Assembly: GCA_000182565.2 (NCBI GenBank)
Contig: KQ257453.1
Length of the DNA: 64,000 nucleotides
Reading direction: 5' to 3' (one strand)
DNA from: Spizellomyces punctatus DAOM BR117
Lineage: Eukaryota
Positions 21,184-43,555 of the stretch are shown piece by piece (position 1 is the stretch's first letter; each line of letters opens with the position of its first letter). The position numbers and the translations under genes were made by a program. Under the pieces are notes generated by a model. It did no database searches, was not told where the DNA came from, and saw only the letters and a list, made by a program, of their open reading frames with translations.

Positions 21184-21881
21184 CTTTGTGGACAATATTG
21201 GTTTGGTTGTTGTCCTGGTATACTGCGTGAACAGAAATCCCGCCTCGCTAGAGACTTTTGGCTGGCGGGATGCTGGTAATGCCACCGATCACTTAAATGA
21301 TAGCTGGTCTATAAGTGCCAAGCCTTCGAACTGTGCACACTGGTATTGGCATGTAGCATTGGTGTCCAAAAATAGCTCTTGTTTGGCCCGGAGGATGAGA
21401 TGAGCGTGACATTGGCATTTCTTGGCTATATATAGGATTTGAGTGTCATCTATTTGCTATGGTTCTGTTTGGGCTAGCACCTTAATCTTGGATCAACACG
21501 GACCCCTCCGCTGGTTATAGACTTGAGTTTACTGCCTGAGGATAAGTTACGAAGATTGAAGATCTTGGATACATTTTCCAGGAAAGGGGCTAGCTACATC
21601 CAAGTACATTCCCATCATCCCTAAAAGATATACTCGCCATCGACTGTGTCTGGTACGAAGAGCTCATATTCGGAATGCTTGCACCTGAAGGAGAACTGTG
21701 GCTTGGCGCTCTTGCTGAATTTGACATCAGGAGTGTCTGTAGGTCAACCGATGAGCATAATATGCGGTTGAACCAAAGGAGCGTACTGGTGCTTACATTG
21801 TCCAGGGCCGGGAGTCACAGTATGAAGAGCGTTGCCTGCGGCCGTTTGACCTTCAAGGATTTCTGAATCCAAGAACAGACA

Positions 21882-23143
21882 TCAACGTTTACTATCATTC
21901 TGGCCACGGTCGTCCCCCATCTCGCAAAGTAACTTGCACGCACCTCCCGCTCCACCAAAAGGACCGTCCGAGTCTCCACGGGGTCTCGATCCAAGTGAGT
22001 ACGCAGGTGCAGCAGTTTTGATTTTTGAGGGGTCAAGTGGAGAATATGCTGCAGGTCCAGGGGATACAGACTCAACTATATTTGGAAGGATTGGCAGCCC
22101 ATTAGCTTATCTACCCCAATATGCAAGGTACAAGATGAATATAACGTACGCTTCACCGGTCGAGGTGGTTTAATAGTGTATGCGGCGGCCGCCCGAATTG
22201 TAATTGCTGGATGAACGCCCAATGTAGGTGCGACGGCATACTCGGCTGGTCCTGGGTTGTCATTCGGCCGTTCTGTCGGACGGCGACCTCCGATGCTATA
22301 TGCGGGCGCCTTGGGTTCTCGCGAGGGTATGTACGCGGGATTATATTTGCCGGGACCTACGGGGCATGGTCATCACCAGTGCTCTTTACGTAACGCTGCC
22401 ATCCACGGTACTATCACTCACCGGGAGTATCTGCATCTGCATTTTCCATAAGACGCGGAACGTTAGCTATAGCATTTGACATCTATTCTCCGGAAATCCG
22501 GCATGAAGCATGTGGAATTTACCGGTAAGATTATCCATACCATCTTTACGCGCTTTTTTGTATCCTCCTTGCAATGAGAAAGCAGGACCTTGAGATCGCC
22601 CAACTCGTGTGGTTTGCGGAAAGAAAACATTGGGCCCAGGCGTCTCATGAGGATTCGCTTTATGATAATCAGTACAGATCAGAGAACTCAGGTTCAAGCA
22701 GAACTCACGTTGTTCGTAACGCAGCTTGATCCCGAAGGAGTAAGCAGGGGCCCGCTTCATGGTTTTTGCATTAATTCCAATTGTACTAGAAAAGAGAGGA
22801 CTTATTAGATATCAGTCTGAGAAGTAATACTGACTGAGACTCACGAAGGCAATTTGTAAGCTGCTGGACCTGGCCCTATGAAGATGGATAGTTCGGTCAA
22901 ATTAGCATATTCTTCTCCTACACGCAGCTACATGACAGCGCCAGCGGGAAAATCTGGCTTCTTCGTGAAGCATCCTCCTGGCTCAAGGTGCATACCGCCT
23001 CTCTCCTCACCTTTGAGCCGTGCGGCAATTGGGATCTCTTTCGGCTTTTCTGACTCGGATGAGCTGCTCCATGCCGCGTTCCTGCCATTAGAAAGGTTGG
23101 GCAGTTTCGGGTTTGCCGGGGCCGGCTTATCCTTGTCGGCCAT
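21882..23143 (-). CDS. ODF3/SHIPPO (PGP-repeat) flagellar-type protein (multi-exon)
   Basis: Repeated GPGPAAY, TPGPNVF, VGPGKY and SPGPAAY motifs, each followed by PAYS/PAFS-type motifs, over short exons. Confidence 0.7.
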
Positions 23144-24133
23144 TGGCGGTGTTGCTTCACGACGAAGAGTGAACCAATGCTTCGGTATCCTTATGCCTCA
23201 GATCGGCAGCAGATGGTACCAGCAGAGGAGGAGGTGACAACGGAGAGTAGAGTTGTTTGGTGGCAATTAGTCTTAGACAGAGGCCCTATCAAATCTCACA
23301 AGTGAAAGAATATCCCATTGAGGATCTTCACTATGTAGGTTTCCAAGGTTCGCGGTAAATTGGCGGGTCATTCGGAAACAATGCAAGTCCAGTCTGCTCT
23401 TCTGAGAACAGCGTAGTGACTAATCGCATGCTCAAATAAAAATGATCGAGGGAACTGGGAGGCGTTGTAAGGTACTATAGTATCATCACGGCCGTTTTTA
23501 GCAGCACGGAAATTCTCCGTTCTGGCTGTCTACCCGCCAACATTTCGCGTCGAACGAGTGGTTCCGAGGCATTCCAACGGTTCGCAGAGATCTGATATCT
23601 CACAGCACACAGTCGTCAGGGCTGACGTTCCCTCGTTAAGAGCGCTGACTAGGTAAGGTCATACCATATGGTCGGACAGACTGAATTCAGATTACCTTGG
23701 TACGCCCACCCTTACCAAAAATGGAGAGACAACTCGTTCATGAGCATATTTATTATACGAGAAATGCAAATCTTCAGTGGTTGAGATTTGGATTGCGACG
23801 CAAATATTGTGCGACTACAAAGTCATGCCCTTATCCAGGATAATGTTTACATAAACCGCTCCTGCCAACCAAGCGCTTAACGCCCTTCTTGGTGGTTAAG
23901 TGAATAAGTTCCGTGCGGATATCTGTTTGTCGGATGTTCAACCAACTATCAATGGACGCGTGACTAAGCATCGGGATTGCTTGTTTGCACCGCCTATAAG
24001 ACCATAGTTTGTTTTTGGTGGGATGTTTACAATGTTGCATATAATGCCAAGCAGTGCCAATGACTGTCTGCGATCATTATCAAGTTTGTCCGTAAAACGT
24101 GAATATTGACAGCCCATTACCAGAATTTACAAT

Positions 24134-33812
<9,679 letters not shown>

Positions 33813-34219
33813 TGGCCCTGAATGTGTCCTTATCCGATATTTGCCAGACGTCCAACTGCAGAGTGCATTGTGCGATCGAGATTTGACAAAACCAGAACTG
33901 AGGTGAGCTCAAGATGGGATGTTGAGTCACCCTGTCCACGTGACAGCCTTACGTAAGCGTCGGAGGGGTCGGCCGATCATGCATGCTTCGAGATCACGTC
34001 AACAATAGAAAATACGATTTGACAAAAATAAACATTGGCGCAACAATCGAAAGGCGTAAAGATGGAATTGTCTTTGAAAATTTAGCTTGGCAAACAGAGT
34101 AAAAATGGGCATTGATGTTACAGGCATGGTTTTTCTTGGACGACTATGCAGGCAAATATATAGCTCCATGTAGAGAGGAGAGCCTTGCTGTACCGCATTT
34201 TGAAGCGAAAAACCCCATC

Positions 34220-35903
34220 ATGCTAGTTGCAAGACTAGCCACAACGCTGGCTCTATTACGAACAACCGCCTGGGGTATACCAGCCACTTCAGATGCCCAA
34301 GCGCAAATGGTGATTCCTACCCTCGATCGACCATTCCATATACCCATGCTGTCACCGGTGATGGACGATCATCAGGGACGGCTACGACATTTGAATGAGA
34401 CTGGCGAATTGAGACCACCAAGACTGAAACGACGACAAATTGTTGAGGATGAGTTGGCGTACGATCCCGACATTCTCTTTGCGGTAATTATGAGGTTCCA
34501 TACTTCGCGGGATCACAATGTGTAATTGAACAGCGTTGTTGCTTTTAATAGTATTTCGGACAAGTCAAGCTCGGCACACCTGCCCAAACCTTCACAGCCA
34601 TGTTTGATACCGGCTCCTACCAATTCTGGGTCCGATCAAAGCTATGCACCGTGCAAGCATGTCAAGGGCATCCAAAATACGATGGGGACCTCTCTTCCTC
34701 TTACGTCTCCACAAACACGAAAGCCGATCTAATTACGTACGCTGATGGAACTAAAGTACAAGGCGTGTACGCTAAGGAAAAAGTTTCAGTAGGCAGCGTA
34801 GCTGTTCAAGGTCTAACTTTTGAGGAGGTCACTGACACGAATGAAAGTTTGGGGGCTGCGTACGATTCTATCATGGGGATGTGTTGGCCACCTGTGGACA
34901 AACCTAAAAGTTGGTTTCAAACGCTCGTCCAAAATGGTGGAGTAACATCCCCAGTGATGGGATGGGTAATCGATAGTACAAACACAGATGGTTCCATAAC
35001 CCTGGGAGGAGTAGATTCAGCTCGTTTCACGGGAACTCTCCAATGGGTCCCGAGGTATGGCGACTACAATGGAAGAAGGCTACTTCCCTTTGCTTTGGTA
35101 CTCATAATAGTCTTCTTGCTGGTCTTAGCTTTGGTTTTGCAAGCAACGGAGGAGGCGGTGGCCCGTTCATTTATTTCCAAGGATTGACCGTCGCAGGGTC
35201 TGTTACAATGGGCAACACCACTACACCTCTCAGTTGGTCACAAGGTCATTTTCTCTCCGTCTTTGATACTGGCACTTCCATGTCGGTGGTACCCACCAAA
35301 GTGGCCGCCGATATCCACGCCCAATTTCCAGCCTTTTCCATCGATCCATCTCGGCCGGGTGGAAAATATTATACTGGATGGTGTGATCTCAACACACTAG
35401 GAAATGTGACCTTGTCGTTTGTTGGAGAAGAAGGGCTCGTCAGTCTAACCCTAGAACCTCACGAGTGGGTGCTATATATACCGAAAAATAACCAGCCCAA
35501 CTATTGTCTCTCGATTTTCGTTGGGAACGATGCTGTCGCTCAGAAAGTGACTGTGAATGGTCCGCTCATTGCGGGAATTCTGGGCAACAGTCTTCTCCGA
35601 AAGTTTTACACTGTATTTGACTGGGGGAAGAATCGAACGGGATTCGCGCTCGCCGTCCGGACACCGAACGTGCAAGCCCAGCTTATTGGATTGAATTCGT
35701 CGACTGAAACGGGAACCGGGACTGCTACAACTGGCAGTAAGAGTCCCTTTCAAGCATGGATTCCTACTACTGATACAAGTGGAACCGGCTCAGGTGGTTT
35801 TGGGATAGACGCCGCGACGGTTGCGCGCTACGCCAAAGTTGGCGCTCCTTCCCTTGCTACCTTAGGAACCGGTTTCCTTGCATCTTTAATGATCATGTTT
35901 TAG
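34220..35903 (+). CDS. Secreted pepsin-like (A1) aspartic protease, possibly GPI-anchored
   Basis: Signal peptide, FDTGS and FDTGT catalytic motifs, YADG flap, ILGNSLLRKFYTVFD, Ser/Thr-rich linker and hydrophobic C-terminus. Two short introns. Confidence 0.9.
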
Positions 35904-36227
35904 TTTGTCACTCGTACTGTTGTAGTTATTTCATTTTGGGAAGATCTTTATATTCATTGCTTATGCGCCTATAGAGAACTACCAGCAACGGGCATCCTCG
36001 CCTGCCTCCAATAAGTTTCCGACCTAGGTGTGCAGCACTATTTGTAGTAACCAAATTGTAATACTGGAGCCGACCTATAGAACGCTATGCATTATTCTAT
36101 CTAAAAATTGTCTATTTACAAAAAATCAAGTTTATCTAGACGGGGCGGCCAACACTGACGCTATTGTCATGCTGGCGGTCATAGTCCTATGCTACCACTT
36201 GACACAAACAGCCCTATGACATCAGCT

Positions 36228-37504
36228 CTACTGTGCCATCTTCTCCTCTCTAAGTAACTGCAAGTAACGCTCCACACGAGCACCCCGCGCCTCCTCATCC
36301 TCTGTGCCATCGGCCTGGTCATCGGGATTAGAACTGCCCGGCCAGGTTATTCGTGCCGGTGAAGGAGCAATGCTAGCAATCCGGGCTGCCTGGCGTCGCG
36401 TGTAGTTTGCCTGGTAAGACAAAAGAACGGGAAGCATATTCCAAAAGCTGAATTCCGGCCAGAGGACATCAAGAAAATGAACCTGGCAGTCCTTAGTCAC
36501 CTGTCGAGTTAACCAATTGCTTCAATATATACAGGCCATTAAAACGTGACAAATCCTCTTTCGAAACTTACCTGCCACAATAAAAAGTCACTCAGCCTTT
36601 TCTCCCCACTTGTCCTCACCAAAATATCCAGCTCAGGGTCCTCTCCAGTCTGCATCAACCGATCTAAAAGATGCTCATCAATATCATCCACTCTTAAATG
36701 TCCCTCTTTGACGCCACGCACGGCCAAAGCTACAGATTCGGCCATTTCATGTCGAGATGTATAGGGACAGCATATGTTTAGCACGGCACGAGTGTGATAG
36801 CGGGTTGAGGCTTCTGCTTGGCGTGCAGCTTCAAGGACATGAGGCGGCAGAAGAGATGTGTCTCCCAGAACGCGAATTCGTATGGAATGCTTCGATACAA
36901 ACGTGCTATGCGATAGTGTCTAAGTCCATCTGCGAGGAGCAAGGGCTGGGTCAATCGCGACTCTACCTGTGTTTACTAAATTCTTCAAACTTTCGGCACG
37001 CCAAATCCATCAAAACATCTACTTCTTCGCGTGGTCGTTTAAAGTTCTCGATACTGAATGCATACACTGTCACCACATTTATTCCGAGGTCAAGGCACCA
37101 TTCAAGGGTCTAGAAAGGAAAAAGGTTCGTGATGGGCGTAGAGGAGATCACGTGACTTTTGCAGTAGGTGTTCATCGGCAACTCGGCTGCTATAGCCTCC
37201 AACATACCTTCTCCAAGCTTTTGCTCCCAACCACATGCCCAATCCTTGTCTGCACTCCCAACTTTTTGGCGTATCGTCTGTTACCATCCATAATGAATCC
37301 GACATGTTTTGGTATGGGTCCTATTCGGAGCAGGTTTATCAGTGCGCGCTGAGAGCTCGAAGCGATGCTGGAGAACAGCGAGCTGTTTGTGGGTTCGGCC
37401 GATACAGCCAGTGACTTGTTGGAGTTGTTGGACATGACGTGACGACTTCCACGGTGTGAAGTCGAACGTGGCTCATTGGACGTCCTCAAGGTGGGTGTTG
37501 GCAT
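36228..37504 (-). CDS. RER2: cis-prenyltransferase (dehydrodolichyl diphosphate synthase)
   Basis: [55 protein letters not shown]. Confidence 0.92.
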
Positions 37505-37727
37505 GTCAACAACATGCTTAGTAAGGCGTTCCGATCACGGCCGTCGAGTGTTGACAGCTCTCTCCGCCCGCAGTTTCGCCCAGATCGTCCCGCAGAAAGT
37601 GACCCAACGCATGTCCTAACCCGCCCGAAGCGACTCAACAGACCTTTTCCTCGAGATATTTCATTTTATCTATTGGTTGTGACGACTTTTACATTGTGTA
37701 TTCGAAGAGTGAACCCGACCGTCCAGC

Positions 37728-40700
37728 ATGTCTTCTCAACTTCAAAGCTTGAAAGCAGCTCTAATACAGAATGCTGGAGTGGAAGAAAAGGTTGAGGTCA
37801 ATCAGCGGCATCTTATTGACAAAATCCTTGCAAGATACTCGGCAGAATTCACAGTGTTCAGAGAGGTTTGTCAAATTCCGTCCAAAACTGGTGTTGGAGA
37901 TTTGTTAACGGCGTGTTTCACCTAACAGTTGCTTCAAAACTCAAACGATGCAGGTAAATGCAACCTTTTGCACACTCTTTGTCTTTCTGCGCTGAGCGCA
38001 TACCCTAACGTCAGGTTGTACACAATTACAGGAGCAACGGAGGTCAAAATCACATTCCAAACCAACATCCAGTCCCGAAGTTTCTGGCAAGGCGGAAGCA
38101 AACGAGTGGTTGCCAGCGTAACATACCGAAACAATGGCCGCCCATTTTCAGAAGAGGATTGGGCACGGTTACGAAAGATTGCGGAAGGAAATCCAGACGA
38201 ACAGAAAATAGGGTTTTTTGGTGTGGGCTTCTACAGTTTATTTTCAATATGCGAGGAACCGTTCGTGACATCAAATGACAAAAGCATGGCATTCTTGTGG
38301 AAGGGAGATATGCTCTACACCAAGAAAGGGATAGTTCCACCGGAGGCTCTTTCGCCAGATACGTGCTTTTACTTGGATCTCCGGGATCCGGTAGACCTTT
38401 ATGACATGGACCAGTTCGGACGCTTCATTGCCACATCATTAGCATTTACTGCCAACCTAAAGAAAGTGGAAGTCTTTGTCGATGAACAGCGAACACTCTT
38501 CTTTGACAAAAAAATGGCAGAACCGCGTCCCCTTGCGTTCCCAAAAGGAGTTTACAATCTTTCTTCTCCCAATCGCATTTTCACTCTCGAAAGCGTTGCC
38601 ATGAAAACCATTCAAATGGATGTCGAGGTCCAACCTGATGCCGAAAAGACCTTGGCGAGTTACAGGATCTTTATGAGGAGTGCTAGCGCGCACTTGGCTG
38701 TACGTCTCTCGACGCACCTAGTGAAGGAAATGGAGCGGACTACCAAGAAACGACCACCAGTACATACGGAAATGCAGATCATGTGGTCCAATTTTGACGA
38801 GTACGAAAGCTCGTCTACAGTCCGTGGTAAAAATGGCATGTTCAACGATTTACTCCCAGGACCAACAGATCAAGGTCGGATCTTTATTGGATTCCCTACG
38901 TATCAGACGACGGGATGTACGATCCAAATGGCCGCGCATTTGATTCCAACGGTAGAAAGAGAGTCCATCGATTTTGTCGATCCGACGCTCAATACATGGA
39001 ACCAGGAGCTCTTGTCCATGGGAGGCCTGCTTGCTCGAATTTTGTATGACGACGACCTCGACGCTATCGATCGGTTGTACAAGGCACTGGCACTTGATAG
39101 CACCAGTGAAATATGGTTACAAAAAAAGGCATCACATACCATGGCTGGATTTACATTCAAACCTTCTACACCATCACCTCTGGTTGGACGGATCCTCTCC
39201 GCCTACTTTCTATCTCGTAGTACCAAGCCACTCAACATTGTTTCTTCTCGTGGGATCAAACCTCTTATAGAAGTTCGGTTGCCAGATACGTCCATGAAGG
39301 AGTTTATGAAAGAGGTGCCAATTGTTCCGGATCAGACAATGGAGCAATGCGCGGAACTCTTTAAGCAGTTAGAAGCAAAGGGAGCTATACGCAAACTGAA
39401 TATCACTGACCTATTTCGAGAGCTGTCGAGTCGACCGTTCCCGCAAAGCGAAATGGTGGCGTTGTTCCGGTGGTGGTTGGATTATCGAAAAACGAACGTC
39501 ATATCCAGTACGGATGTCGAGCAGCTTTTGAGGTCTGCTGTATTCTTGGAGCCAGGAGTGAACGGTAAAGAGGACGCTGTACGTCCACTGTCAACTATTG
39601 CACATTATGTTCCGAAACATTTGATACCGTCGGATTTACCGCTACCAGTAACGGTGATGCCACTGGCCATAAGCAACGAGTTCAAAAAGGAAGAGTTGGA
39701 AAGAGGATTTGGTTTTGCGTGGTCTGAATTACCGTTATCTGTGTGGGCAGACTTTATCATCAAGCTCCCCCAATTTTCCAATGACGCGGCATTCGTTGAA
39801 AAAGTTTTGGCAGTTTTCAGTCGGCATTATGGATCCCTCAAGACGCAAACTCGCGATCAACTCGTTTCACTCCTGGCATCCAAAAAGTGTATTCCGACCA
39901 CACTGGGCATGCAAAAACCTAGTGACAGTTATTTTCCAAAAGTTACCTTGTTTCCCGATTTGCCTATTGTTCAGTTCGCGAATCCCAAAAGTGTCAGTGA
40001 TGCCTTTTTGAGGGCTTTGGGAGTTCGAGAGCATGTGGAACTTCAAATGGTTTTCAACCGAATTGGGACGTTGAATTGGGATCATGTGCAGTTGGTATGT
40101 TTTTCTGTTTTTTTGATTCTTTGTGTTGGTTTGAAGCCTGTGAAAGAGTATTGATGTAGTTTGCTTTTACGTTGTTTAGATCAAATATCTTGCAACGTGC
40201 ACGCTCAAACCAGACGAACTGGAACGGCTACGAATTACTGCGATTTTCCCTAAAGAACAAGACCCACCCTCTCGTGAGCGGTTCCGGGCCTGTGATCTAT
40301 ATACGCCTGATGACAAGTTTCGTGCATTTGGGTTACCGATCCTTGAGTGGAAGGGCAAGTGGAAGCCTCATGGTGGCGAAGGTATGGTGTTAAAAGTGTA
40401 TATTTCATGGCAGGTGATGGTTTATTGATGTGTTGCTACGTTTTTGAACCATCAAAGCCAAAATGATGCAAGATTTAAAAATCCGGACCTTGATACCTGT
40501 CCCCGATCTCGTTCAACTTGCAGCAACATCGACACCCGAAAAGCGAACGAGCATTTTACAGCACTTTTGCCAAAACTTTAAAACAACATACGCATCCCTG
40601 TATGCCGGTTCGGCCATTAAAGTCCCTTTCCTTCCAACAACAGATCCCACGCGACTTGGCACGCCCTCAGATTGTTTTGCAGATCCCTCTGCGGCTGTGA

Positions 40701-43345
40701 TGGGCTTTCAGGTACTTCATCCTGATTGGCGACTAGAGAGGGATAAGTTTGGTGTGAGGGAACATCCCCCTGCCAATGCACTTTTGGAGAGATTGCTACA
40801 GCAGCCACCGGATGTGGATAAGGCTCAAGCTGTATTTGGGTACCTGGCTACTCGTATCTCTGGTGCGTTTTTTGGATTGACGGCTACAAATTTTGTTTTT
40901 GGGGTTTGGAAAAGGCTTTCTTTTGGCTCATGTTTCCGTTATGCTCTTTACCAGATTTCACATCAGAGCACTGGGCTATCCTAGGACAAAAGAATTTTGT
41001 TCCGATCCAAAAGACTCAAAACGGACGTCGTTCTACTGTTTGGGTTCCCCCACGCACAGTTTATTTTGGCGGCTCGGACAGCTCGGCATATAAAGACCAT
41101 TTCACATATGTTGATTTCGGTCTGAATGCCAACAACTTTCTCCGAGCTTGTGGGACTCGAGAGGAACCTACCCCTTCTGAACTCGCCACCTCTCTCGTGA
41201 CGAATCCTACCCAGTTCCTCGATACGCTTGGCCACGAAAAGTACTTGGAACTCATTCGAAATGTTGCAACGCATTATCCGACCTTGAGGACTGATAAAGG
41301 GTTGCAAAGTCGGATGCGGTCTGCTGCTTGGTTGATTGGGATTGTGGCTGCTGGGGGTGACGAGGATGGTGCGGAGGAGGATGGGAAAGTACAGGATCAG
41401 TACCATGTCAAGCTGGCTAGGGCCATGGATATTTATATTATTGATGATACGGTGGTGAATCAGTTATTCAAACCGTTGGGGTAAGTGTCTTTTTTTTTAT
41501 CGCGTGATGAAAAGGCGGAGAGCTCATCACGACATCATGAATAGAGCACCTACAGATGAAGTATTGGAAGCCATGTACACAGACCTTGGTTCGCGTTGGC
41601 TCTCCTCTGTCGTCACCACCGAAGAGCGTCCCCGTGGAAACCAACGCTTCACGCAAGTCTCTGCAGAGTTGCAGAAACTGATTCGCCAACGCGCGCCTCT
41701 GCTACTATATGACGGACAACAAATGCGAACGGGCAAGGACGTTTTCTCGAATGCGGAGCAAGTGTTGCTCAATATGAAGGTCATTGAAGTTCCAGAGATT
41801 GATATTGTGCGGACGTTTGAAAAGGCTACCAAAGTGGACAAGACCACGGCTTGTTTGAGGTTTGAGAGCCGGACAAAGACGTATTGGTTGTTTGTGGTGG
41901 AGGATTATGATTGTTTTGATATTGCGAGGTGGGTTTAATAATGTGTCGACTTTTTTGGGCGATTTTCCCATTTTGTGCGGGGCATGCTGACATGTAGGGG
42001 TTTTAGATCCATAGGCAAAGTCATTTTGCGAAATTGCCGACTAAAAGATTCACTGCTCCTTTCTACCCTCTTGTCAACGTCGGTCCAAAATCTGCGCCGA
42101 AAAGGATTCCCAGTCGACCGTATCCTGAAACTCACTGATAACAAACTCAAGAACGCCCAAGTCATTATGCAAGAGCAAGCGCGACAACAACAAACTGCCG
42201 TACAGGCGGCAGCGAATTCACCGACACCGCCGACCGTACCACCTAAAAACGGATCGACGGATGACATGTCTCCTACTGTGGCGGAAGCCGTGCGACAGTT
42301 GCAGGCCATCTTTCCTGGAGCTGATCCAGGGTTTTTGCGGAGAGAGGTGGAAGCGCGGATCGGGAGTCGGCAGCCCGTGTTGGACGTGACGGAAAAGTTG
42401 TTGGATGCAGGGGACGAGTACCCCAAAGCAAATCCATCGGAGGCCGCGTTGAATGGTGTACCACCGGCTGGATCGTCGCAGTCGTCGCAACCGTCGTCAT
42501 CGGCGCCGGCAGTTGACGGGCTTTTCGGGGGGTTCTTGAGCAAGGCAAGGGACAAGATCAAAAACAAGGGTCTCACGGGGCTGGTGGAGCTCGCTGGCGA
42601 GTCTTTGCTCCCTCCCGTATCCACGAATCAGCACGGAGGGTACCAACCTATTCCTCCCGGTGGAGGAGGAACCACCATGCCCGCCGAAGAAATCACACCC
42701 AACAGCACCGTGAACCTCAAATCCCACCTCTCCAACTCGATCGCATCTCTCCGCGGAACACAGGAACCCAATTTCCGAGCCGAAATTCCTCTGAATCCAC
42801 CCCCGACACCCAGCATGCTCTCCCGTCAAGTCGCTGCACACTGTTCGATTATTTCCGACAATGACCTAGTACTACGTGATCTCATTGACGGAGTACCGTT
42901 TTATATTGACCGAGCAGCCTCACCTTCTGTTATTGCCGACCTCAACATGACAGGCATCCATCAATTTGTCATGGTCCTCAGCTTACTAGCCAACGTCTTT
43001 GGAACAGACAAGAAAGCCATTCACGTCTACTTTGATGCAACTGGGAGCACGATCGCGTTTAATCGGAACCGAACCCTGTTTTTTAATGCACGGTTTTACC
43101 TTGGTTTGCATTATAAACAACGACATCAGGGTGTGACGCTTCCTGGTGGGTTTTCAGCACCGAGGGGAGTGGAGACGGAGGATCCTGATACGTTTTATTA
43201 CTGGTTCTTGACGTGGTGTCATGAGCTTGGACATAATTTTGTGAGTGAGCATGATGCGATGCATGAGTATTGGATGAGTTCATTTGCGGAGAATTATATG
43301 AGCAAGTTGGTCAAGGTGTTGCGGGAGGTGGGGGTTGAGAGGTAG
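37728..43345 (+). CDS. Large GHKL-ATPase/sacsin-like protein (DUF3684-like) with C-terminal HEXXH motif
   Basis: VFRE/LLQNSNDA, YRNNG and IGFFGVGFYSLF (GHKL motifs). CUE-like segment AVRQLQAIFPG and WCHELGH near the C-terminus. Multi-exon. Confidence 0.75.
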
Positions 43346-43467
43346 TTCCACTAGTCCCTACCATTACCCCTATACTATATATATATATAGAAAGAGAAGG
43401 AGACCCGATTGTAGAATTACAAAACTAGTTTGTCGTTTGCCTTTTTTTCAAGAGACTGATAAATAAA

Positions 43468-43545
43468 TAGTGCGGAGCCGGTGGGTATTGGCACTAGCAC
43501 CCGCACCAGGGATTGAACCGGCGACAACCGGCTCGGAAAACCTAA
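43468..43545 (-). ncRNA. Fanzor omegaRNA scaffold (guide continues into flank, about 43448-43467)
   Basis: Follows the Fanzor stop codon and overlaps the 3' TIR: GTTTTCCGAGCCGGTTGTCGCCGGTTCAATCCCTGGTGCGGGTGCTAGTGCCAATACCCACCGGCTCCGCACTA. GAGCCGGT/ACCGGCTC stem. Matches the SpuFz1 omegaRNA as I recall it. Confidence 0.85.
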
Positions 43546-43555
43546 TCTAACCAAT

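Noticed and set aside
43500-43535. tRNA-like GGTTCAATCCC motif on the minus strand
   Set aside because: No cloverleaf. It is part of the omegaRNA scaffold, although it resembles a Pol III B-box.
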